Positions 9,927 through 20,555 of a stretch of DNA of 58,448 nucleotides are shown in pieces. The notes beneath the pieces are model-generated. The model was given only the letters and a program-made list of their open reading frames with translations. It was not told the origin of the DNA and did not search any database. The position numbers and the translations under genes were made by a program. Position 1 is the first letter of the stretch, and every line of letters starts with the position of its first letter. Source of the stretch: Bacillota bacterium (GTDB lineage: Bacteria > Bacillota > Clostridia > Lachnospirales > Lachnospiraceae); the NCBI GenBank assembly GCA_023428885.1, contig JAEYWQ010000151.1, positions 1 through 58,448 of the forward strand, in the 5' to 3' direction.

Positions 9927-11927
9927 ATGATTTTAGCATGTAACAATATAAGTAAAAGTTTTGGCACAACTCCAGTTTTATCGAACGTTTCTTTTCATGT
10001 GAATGAACGTGAGAAAGTGGCAATTGTAGGTATCAATGGAGCAGGAAAATCTACCTTATTTAAGATTATCATGGGCGAGCAGTCCTATGATGAAGGTGAA
10101 GTAATCTTTTCAAAAGGTACAACCGTCGGTTATCTTGCCCAACATCAGGATTTGGTAACAGATCATACCATCTATGAAGAAGTACTATCTATCAAAGCTG
10201 ATGTCATCCGTCTAGAGGAAACGATACGCCAATTAGAACTGGATATGAAATCAGTTCAAGGGGCAGAACTAGACCGTATGTTGAATACCTATACCCGGGC
10301 CACCCATGAATTTGAATTAAAAAACGGTTATGCCTATAAAAGCGAAGTCATTGGTGTTTTAAAAGGTCTCGGTTTCATGGAAGAAGACTTTGATAGAAAG
10401 GTAGCCACTCTATCTGGAGGTCAAAAAACCCGTGTAGCTCTTGGTAAGCTACTTTTAAGTAGCCCAGATATCATATTCTTAGATGAGCCTACCAACCACT
10501 TAGATATGGAATCTATTGCTTGGTTAGAAACTTATCTCACCAACTATAATGGTGCTGTTCTTGTCATCGCTCATGACCGCTATTTCTTAAACAAGGTCGT
10601 AAGTAAAGTGGTGGAATTAGACAATACCAAAGCAACGGTATTCGAAGGAAATTACTCTACCTATGCATTGAAGAAAGAACAGTTACGTGAAACACAAATT
10701 AAACAATATCTCAATCAACAACGTGAGATCAAACATCAAGAAGAGGTTATCACCAAGCTTCGATCCTTTAACCGTGAAAAATCAATTAAGAGAGCCGAAA
10801 GCCGTGAGAAGATGCTAGATAAGATAGATCGTCTGGAAAAACCAACTACGGTGAATGCCGAGATGGATATTCGTCTTGAACCAAACATCACAAGTGGTAA
10901 TGATGTGCTAACCGTTCGAGATCTTAGTAAATCCTTTGGAAGCAATCAACTATTTCAGCATTTAGATTTTGATATCAAACGTGGCGAGAAGATAGCAATC
11001 ATTGGGAACAATGGTACAGGAAAAACTACAATATTAAAGATTATCAATCAGATTATCGAAGCAGATTCTGGCGAGATTAAACTAGGAGCTAAAGTCCACA
11101 TTGGATACTATGATCAGGAACACCACGTTCTGAATATGTCCAAAACAATCTTTGATGAGATTCAAGATACCTATCCATCGATGGACAATACCAAAGTTCG
11201 TAATGCCCTAGCAGCCTTTCTCTTTACCAACGATGATGTCTTCAAGCAAATCAAGGATATCAGTGGTGGAGAGCGCGGACGTGTATCCTTAGCCAAATTA
11301 ATGCTTTCCGATGCGAACTTCCTTATCCTAGATGAGCCTACCAACCACTTGGATATCATTTCAAAAGAGATATTAGAGAATGCCATTGCTAATTATACGG
11401 GAACAGTTCTCTATGTTTCTCATGATCGTTACTTTATCAACCGAACTGCTAGCCGTATCTTAGACTTAACTCATGGTACTCTCTTAAACTATGTTGGTAA
11501 TTACGACTACTATCTAGAGAAGAAACCTGAATTTGAATACCGCAGCTTCGGTTTGGATTCCAGCAATGCAAAACAAGTAGTTGACCCTAAGAACACAGTG
11601 TTAAGTGGTCTGCGTGTCAATCAAACAGCAAACATGAGTCCAGCGAATAAACCATTCATAATGGAAGATTCAGTTTCTGAAACTAAGCTAGATTGGAAAC
11701 AACAAAAAGAAGAACAAGCCCGCCAACGCAAAAAGCAAAATGAACTAAAACGCGTAGAGGATGAGATTCATAAATTAGAAACCAGGGATGAAGAACTGAA
11801 TACCCTCCTAGCCGATGAAGCAATATACACCAACGCCAGCAAACTTCTAGAACTAACAAACGAAAAAAAGCAAAACGACGCCCGCTTAGAAGAATTACTG
11901 GAAGAATGGGAAGAACTTTCACAGTAA
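9927..11927 (+). CDS. ABC-F family ATP-binding protein (YdiF/Uup-like translation factor)
   Basis: Two ABC domains (GINGAGKST/LSGGQ/LDEPTNHLD and GNNGTGKTT/ISGGE/LDEPTNHLD), no TM segments, C-terminal coiled coil. Confidence 0.93.
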   Translation: MILACNNISKSFGTTPVLSNVSFHVNEREKVAIVGINGAGKSTLFKIIMGEQSYDEGEVIFSKGTTVGYLAQHQDLVTDHTIYEEVLSIKADVIRLEETIRQLELDMKSVQGAELDRMLNTYTRATHEFELKNGYAYKSEVIGVLKGLGFMEEDFDRKVATLSGGQKTRVALGKLLLSSPDIIFLDEPTNHLDMESIAWLETYLTNYNGAVLVIAHDRYFLNKVVSKVVELDNTKATVFEGNYSTYALKKEQLRETQIKQYLNQQREIKHQEEVITKLRSFNREKSIKRAESREKMLDKIDRLEKPTTVNAEMDIRLEPNITSGNDVLTVRDLSKSFGSNQLFQHLDFDIKRGEKIAIIGNNGTGKTTILKIINQIIEADSGEIKLGAKVHIGYYDQEHHVLNMSKTIFDEIQDTYPSMDNTKVRNALAAFLFTNDDVFKQIKDISGGERGRVSLAKLMLSDANFLILDEPTNHLDIISKEILENAIANYTGTVLYVSHDRYFINRTASRILDLTHGTLLNYVGNYDYYLEKKPEFEYRSFGLDSSNAKQVVDPKNTVLSGLRVNQTANMSPANKPFIMEDSVSETKLDWKQQKEEQARQRKKQNELKRVEDEIHKLETRDEELNTLLADEAIYTNASKLLELTNEKKQNDARLEELLEEWEELSQ

Positions 11928-12212
11928 TACAAGCATTATCTTTAGTGCTTGTAACACAAGGATAGTTTTTTGTTACACTCAAGGGCTAAGTAGACAGATT
12001 AGTCAACGCCTAGGACAGATTATTTTTCTCAAGAACACATGTGACCAAGTGATAAATTCACTAGACTACTGCTACATTCAAGCTACAGAGCCAGAAATAT
12101 CCACACGCAGTACAGATTATAAAGGCGGAGGAGTCCACACCCAGAACAGACTATTTTTCACTAAGTACACAGATAATCAAACCACAAAAAACTGGGCTAT
12201 TGTCAAACACCA

Positions 12213-12423
12213 GTGCCAAGGGGACGGAGGAGTCGATACCCAGGGCAGAATATATTTCTCTAAGTACACTGTTGAAAAAACAAGGAGTCACTTTGTGTGA
12301 CAAAGACAAACACATGGGTTTCGTGTTTGATCTTGGCATACAAAGTGGCTCCTTGTTTTTATCACCTGTGTACGTGAGAAATCATATCTGCTTTGGGTGT
12401 CGACTTCTCCGTCCCCTTGGCAC
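12213..12423. repeat. 211-bp imperfect palindromic element, copy 1 (REPIN/MITE-like)
   Basis: ~100-bp arms (GTGCCAAGGGGACGGAGGAGTCGA...TCGACTTCTCCGTCCCCTTGGCAC) around a 9-nt loop; near-identical copy at 21098-21308; degenerate arm copies upstream at ~11998-12210. Confidence 0.9.
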
Positions 12424-12446
12424 GTCCTTGCATTAACTTTTATAGG

Positions 12447-12504
12447 TTGACATTGGCATTTTTTTGTGTATAATTAATATGGTCTAGTTTAGAAATGCTA
12501 AACT
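12447..12504 (+). promoter_or_regulatory. sigma-A promoter plus palindromic operator of the regulator-potABCD operon
   Basis: TTGACA-16 bp-TATAAT (12447-12474), then AGTTTAG-aaatg-CTAAACT (12486-12504). Confidence 0.65.
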
Positions 12505-12548
12505 TATGGTTTAATTTAGTTAAAACAAGAAAGGACACGATGTGATTT

Positions 12549-13088
12549 ATGAAGATAGGAGCGAAAATCAAGGAACTCCGAGTTCAAAAGAGCTTAACAC
12601 AAGAAGAATTGGCTGACAGAGCCGAGCTCTCCAAAGGGTTTATATCACAGCTAGAACGTGATATTACGTCCCCTTCCATCGCAACGTTAGTCGATCTCTT
12701 ACAGTGTTTAGGCACGAACTTGGAAGAATTCTTTACGAATACAACTTCAGAACAAGTGGTTTTTAAAAAAAATGACTACTTTGAAAAAGTAGATAATGAA
12801 CTAAATAATAAGATTGAATGGATTATTCCCAATGCACAAAAAAACATGATGGAACCAATTTTATTAACCTTAGAACCTGGTGGTTCTACCTATCCAGACA
12901 ACCCTCATGAGGGTGAAGAATTTGGATATGTGCTAGCTGGTTCAATCTCCATTCACATTGGAACAAAAATTCATCGAGCAAAAAAGGGAGAATCCTTTTA
13001 TTTTACTCCAAACAAAGGACATTATATAACAGCAACAGGTAAGACTGGTGCATCCATCCTTTGGGTCTCAACGCCGCCAAGCTTTTAA
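12549..13088 (+). CDS. XRE-HTH + cupin transcriptional regulator (PuuR/PotR-like)
   Basis: LTQEELADRAELSKGFISQLERD HTH and HEGEEFGYVL cupin; first gene of the pot operon. Confidence 0.9.
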   Translation: MKIGAKIKELRVQKSLTQEELADRAELSKGFISQLERDITSPSIATLVDLLQCLGTNLEEFFTNTTSEQVVFKKNDYFEKVDNELNNKIEWIIPNAQKNMMEPILLTLEPGGSTYPDNPHEGEEFGYVLAGSISIHIGTKIHRAKKGESFYFTPNKGHYITATGKTGASILWVSTPPSF

Positions 13089-13115
13089 TAGCTGCTAGGT
13101 ACGGTATCGCAAATC

Positions 13116-14222
13116 ATGACGAAAGGAAACCACACGGGTACGACAATGAATGGAAATAAATTAATTGACTTAGTCAATATAACAAAAAAATATGGTAACA
13201 ACACGATTATTGATGATCTCAATCTATATATTCGTGAGAATGAGTTCTTAACTCTACTAGGTCCTTCTGGATGTGGTAAGACTACAACTCTTCGTATTAT
13301 TGGAGGTTTTGAAAAACCTGATGTGGGTCAGGTTATCTTTGATGGAAAAGATATCACCAACCTTCCACCCAATGAACGTCAGCTCAATACTGTATTTCAA
13401 AAATACGCACTATTCTCTCATATGACAATCGCTGAGAATATTGCATTTGGGCTTAAAATAAAGAAAAAAAGTAAACAATATATTAAGGATAAGATTGATT
13501 ACGCCCTTAAGTTAGTAAACTTAGACGGTTTTGGACATCGTATGCCAGATTCCTTAAGCGGTGGTCAACAACAACGTATCGCAATTGCACGTGCAATCGT
13601 AAATGAACCTAAGGTATTGTTACTAGACGAGCCTCTTGGAGCTCTGGATCTAAAACTTCGTCAAGATATGCAATATGAATTAATTCGCCTAAAGAATGAA
13701 CTAGGTATTACCTTTGTATATGTAACACATGATCAGGAAGAAGCTCTTACTATGTCTGATACGATTATGGTCATGAACCAGGGGTATATACAACAGATTG
13801 GTAGCCCTGAAGATATCTATAACGAACCTAAGAATGCCTTTGTCGCTGACTTTATTGGTGAAAGTAATATTATACCTGCAACCATGGTGGAGGATCGACT
13901 TGTTAACATTCTTGGGGCAAACTTTGCATGTGTGGATACTGGTTTCGGTAAAAATAAGCCAGTGGATGTTGTTATTCGTCCAGAGGATATTGACCTAGTA
14001 GCACCTGGTCAGGGCACCATCACTGGACGTGTCACTTCCTTGATTTTTAAAGGTGTTCATTATGAGATGGATGTTATGGCAAATGGGTTTGAATGGTTGG
14101 TTCATTCCACTGATCTATCACCAGTAGGAACGGAAGTTGGAATCAAAGTGGATCCTTTTGATATCCAGATCATGAACAAACCAGAATCCGAAGATGAGGA
14201 GGCAGTCGTAGCAAATGAGTAA
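13116..14222 (+). CDS. potA: spermidine/putrescine ABC transporter ATP-binding protein
   Basis: [42 protein letters not shown]. Confidence 0.95.
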   Translation: MTKGNHTGTTMNGNKLIDLVNITKKYGNNTIIDDLNLYIRENEFLTLLGPSGCGKTTTLRIIGGFEKPDVGQVIFDGKDITNLPPNERQLNTVFQKYALFSHMTIAENIAFGLKIKKKSKQYIKDKIDYALKLVNLDGFGHRMPDSLSGGQQQRIAIARAIVNEPKVLLLDEPLGALDLKLRQDMQYELIRLKNELGITFVYVTHDQEEALTMSDTIMVMNQGYIQQIGSPEDIYNEPKNAFVADFIGESNIIPATMVEDRLVNILGANFACVDTGFGKNKPVDVVIRPEDIDLVAPGQGTITGRVTSLIFKGVHYEMDVMANGFEWLVHSTDLSPVGTEVGIKVDPFDIQIMNKPESEDEEAVVANE

Positions 14223-15108
14223 TAATTCAACCAACGTTTCCAAGGAGGAAGCAGTGGTTACCGTGATTAAGTCTAAGACAAGAAGATTCACTGGTAAATC
14301 ACTCTTAAGCTTTCCTTACACGTTGTGGATGGCTGCGTTCATTATAATCCCACTACTTATGATAGTTTATTATGGCTTTACTTCCAGAGTTGATGGTAGT
14401 TTTACTTTCGAGAATCTTACGATTATCTCGGATCCTATCTATCGCGATGCACTGGTCTTGAGCTTAGAACTATCCTTTGTTAGTACAATTATATGCTTAA
14501 TCATAGCCTATCCACTCGCTTTGATTTTAAAGAATATGAAACTGAAATCCAACAGTTTTATTGTGTTGATTATGATACTTCCGATGTGGATGAATTTCTT
14601 GCTACGTACGATTGCATGGCTTAACATTCTAGAACGAAATGGTATCATCAACACCATATTAGAGGCAATTAATCTCCCACGTATGAATGTGATTAATACC
14701 CCTTCTGCGATTGTAATTGGTATGGTTTATAATTTCTTACCATTTATGATCCTTCCAATCTACAATGCCCTTGCAAAGATTGATGACAACACCGTACTTG
14801 CAGCAAGAGACTTAGGAGCCAATGGCTTTATTGCCTTTACTAAGATTATATTTCCTCTTAGCTTACCAGGCGTCATTAGCGGAATTACCATGGTATTCGT
14901 ACCGTCCTTAACAACCTTTGTTATCTCCAATGTCTTGGGTGGAAGTAAAATTAACTTAATAGGTAATCTGATCGAACAGAAATTCCAAAAAGAAGGTGAT
15001 TGGAATGCTGGTTCTGGTCTTTCTCTTGTGCTGATGGTATTCATCCTAATCAGTATGACCTTTATTGCAAAATACGATAAAGAAGGGGAGGGAACGAACG
15101 TATGGTAA
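14215..15108 (+). CDS. potB: spermidine/putrescine ABC transporter permease
   Basis: [29 protein letters not shown]. Confidence 0.93.
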   Translation: MSNNSTNVSKEEAVVTVIKSKTRRFTGKSLLSFPYTLWMAAFIIIPLLMIVYYGFTSRVDGSFTFENLTIISDPIYRDALVLSLELSFVSTIICLIIAYPLALILKNMKLKSNSFIVLIMILPMWMNFLLRTIAWLNILERNGIINTILEAINLPRMNVINTPSAIVIGMVYNFLPFMILPIYNALAKIDDNTVLAARDLGANGFIAFTKIIFPLSLPGVISGITMVFVPSLTTFVISNVLGGSKINLIGNLIEQKFQKEGDWNAGSGLSLVLMVFILISMTFIAKYDKEGEGTNVW

Positions 15109-15884
15109 AAAAAATAAGTCAACGTATCTATGTGGCACTAGTAATCCTTTTCTTATATGCCCCGATACTAGTTTTGATTGTACTCTCCTTTAACTCCTCC
15201 AAATCACGAAGCAAGTGGGGAGGCTTTACCTTTAGTTGGTATACAAAATTATTTCAAAATGAAGAAATCATCGACGCATTATACACAACCTTAATTATCG
15301 CATTCCTATCTGCCTTAATTGCCACAATCATTGGAACCATTGCTTCCATCGGCATTAACAGCATGAGACGAGTTCCACGTACCATTATGATTGGAATTAC
15401 TAATATTCCAATGCTAAACGCGGATATTGTGACAGGTCTTTCTTTGATGATCCTATTCGTAGCTTTGAGATTTACACTAGGTTTTAACACAGTCTTAATT
15501 GCGCATATCACCTTTAATATTCCTTACGTAATCTTAAGTGTTATGCCACGGTTACGACAAACCAACCGCAGTACCTACGAGGCTGCACTGGACCTTGGAG
15601 CTTCTCCTGTACGAGCTTTCTTTAAGGTAGTGTTACCTGATATTATGCCAGGTGTACTATCTGGTTTTCTCTTGTCCTTTACCATGTCATTGGATGATTT
15701 TATCATCACACATTTTACAAGAGGCCCAGTACTGAATACACTCTCAACCAAGATATATGCCCAGGTCAGAAAATCCATTAGTCCTGAATGGTATGCTCTT
15801 TCCACTTTATTATTCTTGTCTGTCCTTATCTTACTGATCATTGTGAATCGTAGAAATGATAAGATGCAAAAACAAAGAGCATAA
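15102..15884 (+). CDS. potC: spermidine/putrescine ABC transporter permease
   Basis: FLYAPILVLIVLSFN, EAALDLGA, FTMSLDDFIIT. Confidence 0.93.
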   Translation: MVKKISQRIYVALVILFLYAPILVLIVLSFNSSKSRSKWGGFTFSWYTKLFQNEEIIDALYTTLIIAFLSALIATIIGTIASIGINSMRRVPRTIMIGITNIPMLNADIVTGLSLMILFVALRFTLGFNTVLIAHITFNIPYVILSVMPRLRQTNRSTYEAALDLGASPVRAFFKVVLPDIMPGVLSGFLLSFTMSLDDFIITHFTRGPVLNTLSTKIYAQVRKSISPEWYALSTLLFLSVLILLIIVNRRNDKMQKQRA

Positions 15885-15945
15885 ATGTTTGCTTGTACCT
15901 TTGAAGGTACGAATCAATTATTATTTTTAGAAATGAGGTATCAAA

Positions 15946-17016
15946 ATGAAAAAAACTAGATTAATGGTCGCTCTTGTTCTCGTTTCATCCCTTGCATTAT
16001 CAGCTTGTGGAACTAAGAGTAAGGAAAGTGGCAACGCAGGTGATAAAGGTTCTGTCTATGTTTATAACTGGGGAGAATACATTGATCCAGAAGTAAGAGA
16101 CCTATTTGAGGAAGAAACAGGAATCAAAGTTTACTATTCCGAATTTGAACAAAACGAAGATATGTATCCAATCATTGAAACAGGTGCCGTACAGTATGAT
16201 GTTGTGTGTCCTTCTGACTACATGATTGAAAAAATGATTAAGAATGATTTACTTGCTGAAATCAATTATGATAATGTTCCTAATATCAAGAACATCGATC
16301 CAGCATATCTAAAAACTGCTGAGAACTTCGATCCAGGCAACCTATATTCCGTTCCTTACTGCTGGGGTACCGTTGGTATTCTCTACAATAAAACGATGGT
16401 AGATGAGCCAATCGATAGCTGGAGCGTATTATTTGATGAGAAATACAAAGATAATATCTTAATGATGGATAGCGTAAGAGATGCTTATATGATTGCACTA
16501 ATCAACTTAGGATATGATCAAAATACCTCCGATAAGGCACAGATTGACGAAGCAACTGAACTATTAAAAGAACAATATCCACTGGTACAAGCTTATGTAA
16601 TCGATCAGGTTCGTGAGAAAATGATTGGTGAAGAAGCAGCCATCGGTGTTATCTATTCTGGAGAAGCAATCTTTACCCAACGTGAAAATGAAAATCTTGA
16701 ATATGTTGTTCCAAAAGAAGGTTCTAACGTATGGATTGATGGATGGGTAATTCCTAAGAACAGTCAGAATAAAGAAAATGCAGAAGCATGGATTAACTTT
16801 ATGTGCCGTGAAGATATTGCATTGAAAAACTTCGATTATATCACTTATTCCACGCCAAATATGGCAGCGAAAGAATTAATTGAAGACGAAGAAATCCGTA
16901 ACAGCCAAATTGCCTTCCCAAGCCAGGAAGTGCTTAATAATTGTAAATCCTTTAATTACTTAGGAGAAGAAGTGGAAGCTTACTACCTAAATAAATGGTT
17001 AGAAGTTAAAAACTAA
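15946..17016 (+). CDS. potD: spermidine/putrescine ABC transporter substrate-binding lipoprotein
   Basis: Lipobox LSAC, VYNWGEYIDP, PSDYMI, PYCWGTVGI, PKEGSNVWID. Confidence 0.93.
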   Translation: MKKTRLMVALVLVSSLALSACGTKSKESGNAGDKGSVYVYNWGEYIDPEVRDLFEEETGIKVYYSEFEQNEDMYPIIETGAVQYDVVCPSDYMIEKMIKNDLLAEINYDNVPNIKNIDPAYLKTAENFDPGNLYSVPYCWGTVGILYNKTMVDEPIDSWSVLFDEKYKDNILMMDSVRDAYMIALINLGYDQNTSDKAQIDEATELLKEQYPLVQAYVIDQVREKMIGEEAAIGVIYSGEAIFTQRENENLEYVVPKEGSNVWIDGWVIPKNSQNKENAEAWINFMCREDIALKNFDYITYSTPNMAAKELIEDEEIRNSQIAFPSQEVLNNCKSFNYLGEEVEAYYLNKWLEVKN

Positions 17017-17054
17017 TGAAATAAACGTGATTGTACATTGTCGTGTAATATAAG

Positions 17055-17089
17055 AAAACCGCCGTAGACCAAACATCTACGGCGGTTTT
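17055..17089. terminator. bidirectional terminator between convergent genes
   Basis: AAAACCGCCGTAGA-N7-TCTACGGCGGTTTT. Confidence 0.85.
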
Positions 17090-17091
17090 GT

Positions 17092-17853
17092 TTAATAAGC
17101 AGACTCAGCCTCACCTGCTAAGAATCTCTTCTGAAACTGTTCGAATTCCTTTAAAGAATCCTCGTACTTAAGAAAAGACGATCTGTCAGTTTTATTAGGT
17201 GAGAAAGAGATTTCGTCATAAACTCCGATTTCTTCAAGTGTGCCATCAGATTTAGCCTTATAAACATAATAATAATACGTAGCACCACTTAGTGCATATG
17301 TATATTTATCATCATAGTAATAATAAGTTGAAAATACATATCCTGCATCCTCAAGATCTTTTAATGTTGTATTCTTGTCTACATACTGACTTGGAATACC
17401 ATAATAATCTTTAACAACGACCTTGTTGTCTAAATATGTGCAATAATAAGAGCCTTCAATTCCAAAAGTATATGCTGTTTTCGCTGGAATCTTTACTGAA
17501 GCAGCTTTTGAGTTAGCACTCCAAGTGGTTTTTCCATCAGCTTTCACATAGGACTTTACAGTATACTTAACTGTGCTTCCATCTTTTGCTTTGCAAGCAG
17601 TGTCAACAACCTTAGTCTTAGATGTAGTATTAACCTTCACCCATTTAGTATCAGTAGATGTTTTTCTGTAAACTCTGTAACCAGTGACACCTGATACCTT
17701 CTTCCAACTAACAACAGGAACACCATCCGTGTTTAAGGATACCTGAATGGTAGGGGCTTTCACTTTGCTCGCTGCTTGTGCATTCTGTGTAGGAGCAAAC
17801 ATAGTTACAATCAGTGCTAATAACATAGCAAATACAACTATTTTCTTCTTCAT
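17092..17853 (-). CDS. secreted protein with an FN3-like N-terminal domain
   Basis: Sec signal ending AQA-A; VSWKKVSGVTGYRVYR...YTVKSY pattern; Tyr-rich C-terminal domain that I do not recognise. Confidence 0.7.
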   Translation of the reverse strand: MKKKIVVFAMLLALIVTMFAPTQNAQAASKVKAPTIQVSLNTDGVPVVSWKKVSGVTGYRVYRKTSTDTKWVKVNTTSKTKVVDTACKAKDGSTVKYTVKSYVKADGKTTWSANSKAASVKIPAKTAYTFGIEGSYYCTYLDNKVVVKDYYGIPSQYVDKNTTLKDLEDAGYVFSTYYYYDDKYTYALSGATYYYYVYKAKSDGTLEEIGVYDEISFSPNKTDRSSFLKYEDSLKEFEQFQKRFLAGEAESAY

Positions 17854-18032
17854 ACAACTCTCCTTTGTGTTTTATTTTAATTTTCACAGACCATATTATA
17901 CCATCAATAGTATGATTTGTAAATATAACACGAAAAATGTCATAAAAAATCGAAAAATGGTAGAATAATGCGAATAACGGTAGAACAATAATAACGGTAT
18001 AACAATATTAATAACGGCATATCAATACAAGA

Positions 18033-18076
18033 AAAAGAAGCGGCTGTCTAATAATTATGAGACAGCCGCTTCTTTT
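18033..18076. terminator. intrinsic terminator after the 2-hydroxyacid dehydrogenase gene
   Basis: AAAAGAAGCGGCTGTCT-N10-AGACAGCCGCTTCTTTT. Confidence 0.85.
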
Positions 18077-19031
18077 ATTCAACGATGTTTCGTTTCTCAT
18101 TATTTAAAAATGCTTCAATATTAAGATAAACCTCTTTGGCACAGCGTTGTCTTGCTTCCACCGTTGCCCATGCTATATGAGGTGTAATTATAAGTTTTGT
18201 ACTATCTTGCACCTTCAGGAGTGGATTATCTGCAGCCATTGGTTCGACCGTTAAGACGTCAAGGCCAGCTCCTCCTATTTTTCCTTCTAATAAAGCCTTG
18301 GCTAGAGCTTCTTGATTTACAATTGGTCCACGCCCCAAGTTTAATAAGATGGCAGAAGATTTCATCTGATTCAAAGCTTCTTCTGAGATCAGGTCTTTGG
18401 TTTGATCATTCAAAGGTGCATGAATGGAGATAATATCGGAAGTTGTCAATAAGGTGTTAAATTCTACTCTCTCATAGTCAGGATTCTGATTCTTTCCTGA
18501 GGTTGAATAGTATATCACACGACAGCCAAATAACTTTGCAATTGCTGCTACAGAACGTCCTATTTCACCAAGTCCAATAATGCCCCAAGTCTTTCCTGCA
18601 AGTTCATTAAACTTCATATCGAAGTTACTAAATATATCGCTTCTCGTATATTCCCCTGACTTTACATACTGATCATAATAGCTTAATTTCTCATATACAT
18701 AGAAGAGCAAAGCAAAGGTATGTTGAACCACAGATTGGGTGGAATAGCTTTTTACGTTAGCTACGCTGATATTGCGCGCTTTGGTATATGCGAAATCAAT
18801 ATTATTGGTTCCAGTGGCTGTTAAGCAAATAAGTCGAAGTTTCTTTGCCGTCTCTAAAAGCTCTGCATTCATCGTTATCTTATTCGCAATAACAATATCT
18901 GCATCCACAATACGACTTGCGTTTTCACTAGGGTTACTTTCACCATAGGTAACCACTTCTCCTAATTGCTCAAAAATACCTAAATCTATATCATTGCCAA
19001 GTGTATTGGCTTCCATAATTACGATCTTCAT
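18075..19031 (-). CDS. D-2-hydroxyacid dehydrogenase (glycerate dehydrogenase-like)
   Basis: TATGTNNID, GIIGLGEIG, LNLGRG, LDVLTVEP, ITPHIAW. Confidence 0.92.
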   Translation of the reverse strand: MKIVIMEANTLGNDIDLGIFEQLGEVVTYGESNPSENASRIVDADIVIANKITMNAELLETAKKLRLICLTATGTNNIDFAYTKARNISVANVKSYSTQSVVQHTFALLFYVYEKLSYYDQYVKSGEYTRSDIFSNFDMKFNELAGKTWGIIGLGEIGRSVAAIAKLFGCRVIYYSTSGKNQNPDYERVEFNTLLTTSDIISIHAPLNDQTKDLISEEALNQMKSSAILLNLGRGPIVNQEALAKALLEGKIGGAGLDVLTVEPMAADNPLLKVQDSTKLIITPHIAWATVEARQRCAKEVYLNIEAFLNNEKRNIVE

Positions 19032-19654
19032 AATGCCTCCATTAATGATACTAATTCTTCAAAGGAATCAATGACATATTCATATTCAGTTGCTTCACCA
19101 AAGCCATATCTTGCAAATACAAAATCGATCCCTGCCTCATGAGCAGCCTTACCATCTCCTGCCGTATCTCCTACATAAATCGCAGAAGTAATTTGATGAC
19201 GTTCCATAATGATTCGAATGTTATCTGCCTTTAATTTACCAGTATCTCCTGGACATAGATGATCCATAAAATACTGACCTAATCGATTGCCTTCCAAAAA
19301 TGCTTCAATATATCCACTCTTACAATTACTAACGATGATTAATTTATACTTCTTGTGAAGTTGCTTCAGAGTTTCTTCAATCTTCCCAAGTAACACACCT
19401 TTATGCTTTGCCAAATATGGATTTTGAGCAACAACGCACTCTTCCATCGTTGCAATTGCAACTTCTTTTGAAACACTTTTGAATAATCCAGTAGCGATAT
19501 CTTCTAAGGGCAAACCATATAAAGACTTTAACCTTGGCCCTGTAATCTCATCTTTAATGGCTGGATTCTTTGATGCCAGCTCTTTCCAGACATGAGCTGC
19601 TTCCTTGGTGGAATCCCACATCGTCCCATCTAAATCAAAAATAATGCTATCCAT
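19028..19654 (-). CDS. HAD family hydrolase (phosphoglycolate phosphatase-like)
   Basis: FDLDGT, IVSN, YVGDTAGD. Confidence 0.9.
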   Translation of the reverse strand: MDSIIFDLDGTMWDSTKEAAHVWKELASKNPAIKDEITGPRLKSLYGLPLEDIATGLFKSVSKEVAIATMEECVVAQNPYLAKHKGVLLGKIEETLKQLHKKYKLIIVSNCKSGYIEAFLEGNRLGQYFMDHLCPGDTGKLKADNIRIIMERHQITSAIYVGDTAGDGKAAHEAGIDFVFARYGFGEATEYEYVIDSFEELVSLMEAL

Positions 19655-19672
19655 CTACAATCTCCTCATTCA

Positions 19673-20281
19673 TTATTCCATATTCTTTCGTAAAAGCTTT
19701 AATTCCTCTTTTACTTGATTTAATTCAAGAAACTGAATTCCGTGGATTCCTAGTTTCTTAGCCCCTTCTATATTCGCCGCTAAGTCATCAATAAAAATGC
19801 ATTCTGAGGGATCTAAGTTATATCGTTCTAATAGGGTACGATAAATCTTCTCTTCTGGCTTAATGCATTTTTCCTGATAAGAGATAACAGCCCCATCCAC
19901 TAGAGCAAAGAATCGAAACACATCTTTAATATGGGCAAAATTCACTTCTCCATAATTAGATAAGAGATAAATCTTCAAGCCCTGATCCTTTAACTCCTTG
20001 ATCCAGTCATAGGAATAATCAAACTCCACTACCAGCTTACTTGTATCTTCAAAAAACTTACGAATTTCTTTCTCGATCCCCTTATCGTAAGATACACATA
20101 ATTCAACAATCTCTTCAGTAGTCTTTACTCCACGATCCACTTCATTCCAATATGGAGATAATACGGTTGCTTTTCCTAAGCGGTCTGAAACTTCTTTGGA
20201 ATAACCAAACTCTTCTATATATTCACGCCAACGAAAGCGTGCAAGCACCTGACCAATATCAAAAATTATATTTTTAATCAT
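19673..20281 (-). CDS. HAD family phosphatase (subfamily IA variant 3)
   Basis: IIFDIGQVL, LLSN, IKPEEKIY, FIDD. Start taken at MIKNII. Confidence 0.88.
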   Translation of the reverse strand: MIKNIIFDIGQVLARFRWREYIEEFGYSKEVSDRLGKATVLSPYWNEVDRGVKTTEEIVELCVSYDKGIEKEIRKFFEDTSKLVVEFDYSYDWIKELKDQGLKIYLLSNYGEVNFAHIKDVFRFFALVDGAVISYQEKCIKPEEKIYRTLLERYNLDPSECIFIDDLAANIEGAKKLGIHGIQFLELNQVKEELKLLRKNME

Positions 20282-20555
20282 AGGCTTCCTTCCTCTACAG
20301 TTTTTATTCTTTCTATGATTATAAACGATTAGGATTAGGGTGTCAAACTCAGAAGCCTTATGCAGATGCACAATAACATCACTTGGTGCATTATTTTCAT
20401 AATAAAAATCTAGATAATTTATTGGTTCATATGAAACAATATGCTATAATAGTAACAGTGAAACATCGGAAATTACAGGTGTTTTATTTACGAAAGTCCA
20501 ATCAATGTAAAGAAAAGAAAGGAAAAGGAGGTAGGGAGTTTCTCCCGTTTACTAT

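Noticed and set aside
9927..11927. ABC-F as an antibiotic-resistance (ARE) gene
   Set aside because: Its core-genome position beside rex and C-terminal coiled coil fit housekeeping YdiF/Uup-type factors, and no leader-peptide attenuator is visible.
11985..12423. Possible CRISPR array suggested by recurring motifs
   Set aside because: The units are ~100-bp degenerate arms in direct and inverted orientation, with no constant repeat plus unique spacers and no cas genes.
12049..12436. Short ORFs in the track at 12049-12436 and 21085-21447 with near-identical translations
   Set aside because: They are translations of the palindromic repeat, appear on both strands and lack convincing RBSs.
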